A stretch of 47,787 bases of DNA from IMG/VR virus record IMGVR_UViG_3300043414_000895, positions 1 to 47,787 of that record; one strand, 5' to 3'. A program made the position numbers and the translations under genes. The notes under the pieces were generated by a model that saw only the letters and a program-made list of their open reading frames with translations, did no database searches and had not been told where the DNA came from. This document shows, piece by piece, positions 44,322 to 47,787 of the stretch (the first letter of the stretch is position 1; each line of letters begins with the position of its first letter). The stretch is from a virus. Its lineage: Duplodnaviria; Caudoviricetes.

Positions 44322-46628
44322 ATGAGCATGGAATTCATTGAATACCTCGCCGGGCTGGCGCCCCAAGGCGAAACGGCACTGATCGTGCGGCAGCGCCCGC
44401 GGCTGGACGACAGCGGCGAGGTGCAGTTGCACGCCGACGGCGCTGTCAAGGCCACCTGGCCAGCGTTCCTGCCCACCGTTGACCGCGTGAAGCCTGGCCA
44501 AGCCTGGTACGGCAACACCGCCTCGTTCATTGTCGACCGCTTCGCCGATGGCCGCGTGTCGGCCAGCGCCGCCTGCTGTGAGTTCGTGCTAGTGATGGTG
44601 CTGGACGACATCGGCACCAAGTGCAGACAGCCGCCCCTGCCGCCGACATGGATTATGGAGACGTCCCCCGGCAACTATCAGTGGGGCTACGCCTTCAGCG
44701 AGCAGCCGGGTAAGGCCGAGTTCGCCGCGGCAATCCGCGCCGTCTCGGCCGCGGGGTTCACTGACCCCGGCGCGTGCAATCCTGTGCGCAACTTCCGTTT
44801 GCCCGGGTCGGTCAATCTCAAGCCTGGCCGCGGCGGGTTCGTGTCGCGCCTAGTCGATTGGCAGCGCAACCGCGAGTTCACGCTGGGCGAGATCTGCGCG
44901 GCGATGGGCGTGGTGCCCGGCCCCGCCGAGGCCACTGGCCCCCGCCCCATCCGCCTCGCCGACGACGGCGCCGACGATGTGGCCGCCTGGCTGTCCGAGC
45001 GCGGGCTGGCGCTGTCTGCACCTAATAGCGAGGGCTGGATGGGCGTGGTGTGCCCGCAGGCCGACCAGCACACCGACGGCAACCCCGAGGGCCGCTATCT
45101 GCCCAGCGGGCGGGCGTTCTGCTGCCTGCACTCGCACTGCATCGACCTCGACAGCGCGGGGTTCCTCGCGTGGGTGGCCGAGCAGGGCGGCCCGCGGCAT
45201 GTGCCGGGGCTGCGCGAGGAGTTGCTGCAGCGCGCCATGCAACAGACCATTGGCATGCTGGAGGCCCCGCCAGCGCTGGCCGCTGAAGCCGCCGCCGTGG
45301 TGGCCGAGGTGGACCGCCGCGAGGCCGGGCGCGTTGAGAAAGCGGACTGGTGGGAGCGCTGGGCGTACCTGATCAGCGACGACGCATATTTCGATCTGCA
45401 TGAGCGCCGTCAGGTGTCGCGCACCAATTTCAACGCAATCTATCGCCACATCGCGTGCCGCAGCGTCCACGGCAAGGCCCCGAAAATTGAGGCGTCAATA
45501 TGCTATGACGAACACCGCCAGGACAAGGGCGGGCGGATCTTGCAGGGCGTGACCTTTGCCGCGGGCGAGTCGATCCTAGTCTCCCGCGACGGTGACGTTT
45601 ACGGCAACCGGTGGCGCGATGGCCGCCGCCCCGGCGTGCCTGGTGACGTTAGCCGGTGGCTGGCGCACGCCGAGCGCATGCTGCCCGACCATGCCGAGCG
45701 CGAGCATGTGCTGGATATGATGGCGTTCAAGTTGCAATATCCCCGCATCAAAGTGAACCACGGCATTCTGCATGCTGGTCGGCCTGGCAGTGGCAAAGAT
45801 ACGCTCTGGGCGCCGTTCTTCTGGTCCATCGGCACGCAGAACGTGAAGTTAGTGCGCAATGAGGAGGTTACCAGCCAGTGGGGGTACGCCTACGAGGCCG
45901 AGGTGCTGGTGCTGAATGAGTTGCGCCAGGCCGAGGCCAAGGACCGCAGGGCGCTGGAGAACACCCTCAAGCCCCTGCTGGCTGCGCCCCCCGATACGAT
46001 TCCAATCCAGCGCAAAGGGCTGCACCCGTACGATGCCCTTAACCGTTTGATGGTAGTCGCGTTCTCAAACGAGCGCGTTGCCATCTCCCTGCCCAGCGAC
46101 GACCGCCGATGGTTTGTCCTCTGGTCGGATGTTGGCATCATGTCGGCGCATGACGCAGCCGCTATGTGGGCCTGGTATGACGCGGGCGGGTTCGCCGCGG
46201 TGGCGGCCTGGCTGCATGTCCGCGACGTCTCACATGTCAACCCCGGCGCGGCGCCGATGATGACTGAGGCCAAGGCCATCATGCTGTCCGCCGGGCTGTC
46301 TGGCATGGAATCGTGGCTGGTGGAACAGATGACGCACAAGCTGGGCAGGTTCGGCCGAGGGGTGGTTGCAGGCCCCTGGCAGGGCTTCTGTGAGGATCTG
46401 CAGCTATCGGCGCCCCTGGGCACCAAGGTGGTCGTTCCCGCGCTCCTGCACGCTTTCCGCGAGGCCGGGTGGATCGATATGGGCCGGGTCTACAGCGCAG
46501 AGCTTCCGACGAAGCGCCACGCCTTCAGCGCCCCGGATTGGACGGGGTCGAAGTCTGACGCGCGGCGCATCGCGGAGATGCCACCCGCGAGCGCGGCCGA
46601 TATCATCGCCCGCGTCAGGGGGTACTAG
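44322..46628 (+). CDS. Primase-helicase (RepB-like primase, Zn domain, SF3/DUF5906-like ATPase)
   Basis: VLDDIG, ETSPGNYQ, R.FRLPG, CP...H, C.H.HC, G.PGSGKD, FSN and DDRRW motifs. Confidence 0.88.
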   Translation: MSMEFIEYLAGLAPQGETALIVRQRPRLDDSGEVQLHADGAVKATWPAFLPTVDRVKPGQAWYGNTASFIVDRFADGRVSASAACCEFVLVMVLDDIGTKCRQPPLPPTWIMETSPGNYQWGYAFSEQPGKAEFAAAIRAVSAAGFTDPGACNPVRNFRLPGSVNLKPGRGGFVSRLVDWQRNREFTLGEICAAMGVVPGPAEATGPRPIRLADDGADDVAAWLSERGLALSAPNSEGWMGVVCPQADQHTDGNPEGRYLPSGRAFCCLHSHCIDLDSAGFLAWVAEQGGPRHVPGLREELLQRAMQQTIGMLEAPPALAAEAAAVVAEVDRREAGRVEKADWWERWAYLISDDAYFDLHERRQVSRTNFNAIYRHIACRSVHGKAPKIEASICYDEHRQDKGGRILQGVTFAAGESILVSRDGDVYGNRWRDGRRPGVPGDVSRWLAHAERMLPDHAEREHVLDMMAFKLQYPRIKVNHGILHAGRPGSGKDTLWAPFFWSIGTQNVKLVRNEEVTSQWGYAYEAEVLVLNELRQAEAKDRRALENTLKPLLAAPPDTIPIQRKGLHPYDALNRLMVVAFSNERVAISLPSDDRRWFVLWSDVGIMSAHDAAAMWAWYDAGGFAAVAAWLHVRDVSHVNPGAAPMMTEAKAIMLSAGLSGMESWLVEQMTHKLGRFGRGVVAGPWQGFCEDLQLSAPLGTKVVVPALLHAFREAGWIDMGRVYSAELPTKRHAFSAPDWTGSKSDARRIAEMPPASAADIIARVRGY

Positions 46629-46630
46629 CC

Positions 46631-46661
46631 AAAAAGAAAGCCACCGCGAGGTGGCTTTTTT
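46631..46661. terminator. Bidirectional rho-independent terminator
   Basis: AAAGCCACC-GCGA-GGTGGCTTT with A and T tracts, between convergent genes. Confidence 0.85.
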
Positions 46662-46753
46662 AATTCGCATGGCGTGCGAGAGAGAGGAGAGCCGCTATTA
46701 TAGATCAAGCAGTAGCACCAACACTGCTACCAGCAGCGCCACGATTGCCGCGG

Positions 46754-47344
46754 TCAACATGCGCGCCCCCACTGATCGGCCATCGCCGCGGCAATGCCCT
46801 TGAACGTGGCGCTGCGGATCTTCCATCGGTCAGCGCTGGGCGGCAGGTTGTACCATTGCGGCAGGCTCTTGCCGCTTTTGGTGACATGCCGCGCGCCTTT
46901 GCCGACGATGTTGGTCAGTGTCAGGTGCGGCAGCCCCTTGAGCCAAAGGCAGGTGGTCTTTGTCGCTTCGTGCCCAAACATCCACGGCTGAATAATCTGG
47001 TCCGGTTTGCGGATGTTGGTGCTGATAATGCTGACCGGGTTTTCCAGCGCTATCCGGGGCACTGGCGCGGCCAGCAGGCGCCGCACGAACTCTAGCGCCG
47101 CTTGCTGCCGACCGTCGGCCCGCTTAGCTGCAAAGTGTTTAGCGCCGCTGACGGCTAGGTCAGTGCAGGGCGGATGCGCCACCATCAGATCCCACCCGTC
47201 GCCGACGATGTCGAAAACGTTACCGGTGTAGTGCGGCCCCGGCGCATCGGTCGGCAGCAGGTCGCAGGACATGGCGTCATGCCCGCGGGCTATGAATGCG
47301 TCCCTCACGGCGCCACTGTATTCACAAGCAATCAACACTCGCAT
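46754..47344 (-). CDS. Short phage DNA cytosine methyltransferase-like protein
   Basis: MRVLIACEYSG, AHPPCT, ENP, QPW.FG and RS.TF.GIA.AMA.QW motifs. Confidence 0.85.
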   Translation of the reverse strand: MRVLIACEYSGAVRDAFIARGHDAMSCDLLPTDAPGPHYTGNVFDIVGDGWDLMVAHPPCTDLAVSGAKHFAAKRADGRQQAALEFVRRLLAAPVPRIALENPVSIISTNIRKPDQIIQPWMFGHEATKTTCLWLKGLPHLTLTNIVGKGARHVTKSGKSLPQWYNLPPSADRWKIRSATFKGIAAAMADQWGRAC

Positions 47345-47352
47345 GGCGATCC

Positions 47353-47589
47353 TCAGATAGTGCAGCAGCCGCAGCACGGCGCGTCCTCGCACCGGCCGGC
47401 TTTGTTGCGGTAGTAGGTGCGCGCGCCCGCGCTGCCGTAAAAGGTCACCGTGTCACTGACGCCCGCGGGCTCGCGCGGGGCCGCAGAGGCCACCAGGACG
47501 GTTTTCTTGCGCCTATCGAAGGTGATGGTGTCACCAGGGTGGATGGGCGCGCCTGACACGGCACAGCGGCCGGGAAATCTTGCGATCAT
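47353..47589 (-). CDS. Small Cys-rich phage protein
   Basis: GAGG upstream; ends GRCEDAPCCGCC. Confidence 0.7.
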   Translation of the reverse strand: MIARFPGRCAVSGAPIHPGDTITFDRRKKTVLVASAAPREPAGVSDTVTFYGSAGARTYYRNKAGRCEDAPCCGCCTI

Positions 47590-47695
47590 TGTTGTTTCCT
47601 CAGTTAATGATCCAAAGCACTAGCAGCCAGGCGCCGGCCACGCCGAGCGCGGCCGCGAAGAGATAGTCCCAAAATTTTTCCATGTCAGTCCTTTG

Positions 47696-47787
47696 CGGCG
47701 GCGGCGTCGGTGGCGCGCCAGGCGGCGGCGGCGGCGGCGGCGTCGGCGGCGTCGGCGGCGTCGGCGGCGTCGGCGGCGTCGGCGGCG
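47696..47787 (-). repeat. (GGCGGCGTC)n low-complexity repeat encoding an Ala/Asp (AAD)n protein end
   Basis: Tandem 9-mer to the window end; minus frame ends ...AAWRATDAAAAKD, stop at 47685-47687. Confidence 0.75.

Larger units (their letters stand above)
38215..47787. mobile_element. Fragment of a second phage (PolA-type replication module)
   Basis: VRR-NUC, Cas4-like nuclease, SSB, family A polymerase, primase-helicase and methylase genes. Functionally redundant with the replication module at 6838-8520. Confidence 0.75.

Noticed and set aside
46698-46760. Tiny hydrophobic ORF starting MLTAAI, like the VUT gene start
   Set aside because: Only about 18 nt of similarity in a 20-codon ORF; may be chance.
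47696-47787. Terminal GGC-rich repeat as a telomere or mobile-element end
   Set aside because: Reads as an Ala/Asp-repeat coding tail and a likely assembly break.

Overview
High-GC phage DNA; gene content suggests a betaproteobacterial (Burkholderiales-like) host, which is inference. Bases 1-38087 read as a complete circularly permuted lambda-like temperate siphophage. It has an early-left operon (C5 methyltransferase, HD hydrolase, modular proteins), a cI/cro switch, a DnaB-N/AAA helicase with an iteron origin, cos, terminase, portal, a protease-capsid fusion, a tail module, holin-like genes without a recognisable endolysin, an intact attP, integrase and excisionase, and a TGT/DpdA-like gene coupled to a VUT/YhhQ transporter. 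Bases 1-127 recur exactly at 38088-38214, which closes that circle. Bases 38215-47787 carry a different phage replication module (VRR-NUC, Cas4-like nuclease, SSB, PolA, PAPS-reductase-like protein, primase-helicase, second methylase), so the window is probably two phages joined at a shared segment. Four observations stand out: (1) early genes built from unrelated segments joined by DNA-identical 23-34 bp linkers, plus a shared gene-end motif, suggesting cassette shuffling; (2) a two-gene 7-deazaguanine salvage/insertion cassette; (3) a pseudoknotted, riboswitch-like RNA upstream of polA; (4) a duplicated late-promoter motif next to a Mor-like activator gene. All family assignments come from motif recognition by eye; no searches were run.
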